From Candidatus Gastranaerophilales bacterium (GTDB taxonomy: Bacteria > Cyanobacteriota > Vampirovibrionia > Gastranaerophilales > Gastranaerophilaceae): a DNA stretch of 39,869 bases. Below are positions 39,276 to 39,869 of the stretch, piece by piece. The number at the start of each line of letters is the position of its first letter. The stretch's first letter is position 1. The stretch lies in the NCBI GenBank assembly GCA_944323635.1, contig CALUTH010000001.1:1-39869 (forward strand). The letters are read 5' to 3'. The position numbers and the translations under genes were made by a program. The notes under the pieces are model-generated. The model had not been told where the DNA came from. It saw only the letters and a list, made by a program, of their open reading frames with translations, and ran no database searches.

Positions 39276-39303
39276 GTTGACAAAAGAATAAACCAAACTA
39301 CAT

Positions 39304-39375
39304 TCCTCAGTAGCTCAATGGCGGAGCATTCGACTGTTAATCGAAGGGTTGCTGGTTCGAGTCCAGCCTGGGGAG
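39304..39375 (+). tRNA. tRNA-Asn (anticodon GTT)
   Basis: TCCTCAG-TA-GCTC-AATGGCG-GAGC-A-TTCGA-CTGTTAA-TCGAA-GGGTT-GCTGG-TTCGAGT-CCAGC-CTGGGGA-G is a canonical cloverleaf. No CCA is encoded. Confidence 0.93.
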
Positions 39376-39386
39376 TTTTTTATTGC

Positions 39387-39424
39387 AAAACAAAAGCCGG
39401 CTTTATGCCGGTTTTTGTTTTGTT
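39387..39424 (+). terminator. Strong rho-independent terminator after tRNA-Asn
   Basis: 15-bp stem aaaacaaaagccggc/gccggtttttgtttt (one G:U pair) with loop tttat and a T-rich 3' arm. Confidence 0.85.
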
Positions 39425-39607
39425 AGGAAAATCACTGTTTGAGAACCAGCCGACCCAAAGGGGTTTTGGTGAGAGTCCAGCGGATTTGCGGACGGACGAC
39501 GCAGCAGATATGGTTGAACAGACATTGCAGGAATTTGATTTTGGGGAACTAATAGGGCTGTGTTTCAAATATATCTTGATTTTTTTAGTCGGAATTTGCT
39601 AAAAATA

Positions 39608-39752
39608 GAATTCCTGAACTGGCAAAAAAGTCCGATTACTGTCCGTCAATGTCTAAAACAAGACAGTGTCTCAAAACCTTAAATGGCGGGAATTTAGACA
39701 CAGTTCAGGAATTTTGGGACAGTTCAGGAATTTTGGGACAGGACAGTGTTAA
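39608..39752. repeat. Iteron-like cluster of direct and inverted repeats
   Basis: A perfect 19-bp tandem acagttcaggaattttggg occurs twice (39700-39718 and 39719-39737). There is an inverted copy gaattcctgaactgg at 39608-39622. gacagtgt recurs at 39662 and 39742, and a palindrome tgtct-N6-agaca is at 39650-39665. Confidence 0.85.
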
Positions 39753-39869
39753 AAATTTTTTCAAAATTTTAAATTTAGGTGGAAATTTATTCTAATTTAC
39801 TCGGAAGTACAAAAAGAATATGTAAATAAGGTTATAATTTTAAATTTTGTTGTGTGCAACTCAATAGAA

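Noticed and set aside
39113-39300. Known housekeeping RNA (RNase P RNA, SRP/4.5S RNA, tmRNA or 6S RNA) upstream of tRNA-Asn.
   Set aside because: The segment gggaggataaagaatccggagc only superficially resembles the RNase P GAGGAAAGUCCGGGC box, and the region is far too short. There is no SRP GGAA-tetraloop/AGCAGC domain IV and no tmRNA acceptor/T-arm ends. No assignment was possible by eye.
39077-39602. ORFs 39077..39283 (-), 39318..39602 (+) and 39380..39568 (-).
   Set aside because: They overlap tRNA-Asn, its terminator and the GC-rich tRNA-like modules. None has an SD, and the sequences are low-complexity and Arg/Ser/Pro-rich, as expected from GC-rich non-coding DNA.

Overview
This is an AT-rich chromosomal segment of about 39.9 kb, made mostly of tightly packed and often translationally coupled housekeeping operons. 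In order these are: rplF-rplR (detached from the rest of the spc operon), a GT8 glycosyltransferase fusion, a PfkB kinase, and birA coupled to a Na+-pumping oxaloacetate decarboxylase (oadGAB). Next come rubrerythrin with a Fur/PerR-type repressor, secA, tsaC, a membrane-anchored AAA+ ATPase, glyQ coupled to two tandem APC permeases, and comF. The remaining core genes are a long punA-speB-ligA-(membrane protein)-group-3 sigma factor-pilD operon, a CX5R protein phosphatase and an RpaB/Ycf27-type response regulator. There are three tRNA genes (Gly-CCC, His-GUG, Asn-GUU). No rRNA, CRISPR array, transposase or integrase was seen. An RpaB-like regulator, a SigF-like sigma factor and an omega-like protein occur alongside anaerobe-type Rbr/PerR and Na+-OAD genes, with no photosynthesis genes. 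This suggests a non-photosynthetic cyanobacterial-lineage organism (Melainabacteria/Vampirovibrionia-like), but that is inference only. Seven parts are not ordinary. (1) A near-perfect 76-bp GC-rich tandem array sits between the pilD stop and tRNA-Gly, and by hand folding it looks like a modular structured RNA. (2) A higBA module is bracketed by tRNA-His and a degenerate copy of the tRNA 3' end. (3) The tRNA-Asn locus is preceded by tRNA-sized GC-rich modules built from direct and inverted pieces of the tRNA, and is followed by iteron-like repeats. (4) An ~8-kb block of mostly unrecognisable genes lies between tRNA-His and tRNA-Asn; it includes a membrane-tethered nucleotidyltransferase-fold protein, and several products share an unusual N-terminal signature. 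(5) A very AT-rich islet holds a class-3-lipase-like gene broken by two opposite homopolymer frameshifts. (6) CATTTACCC repeats with C11-C12 tracts occur at two intergenic loci. (7) An HLR1-like (RpaB-box-like) phased repeat overlaps a promoter upstream of glyQ. All RNA folds and motif matches were done by eye and need computational confirmation.
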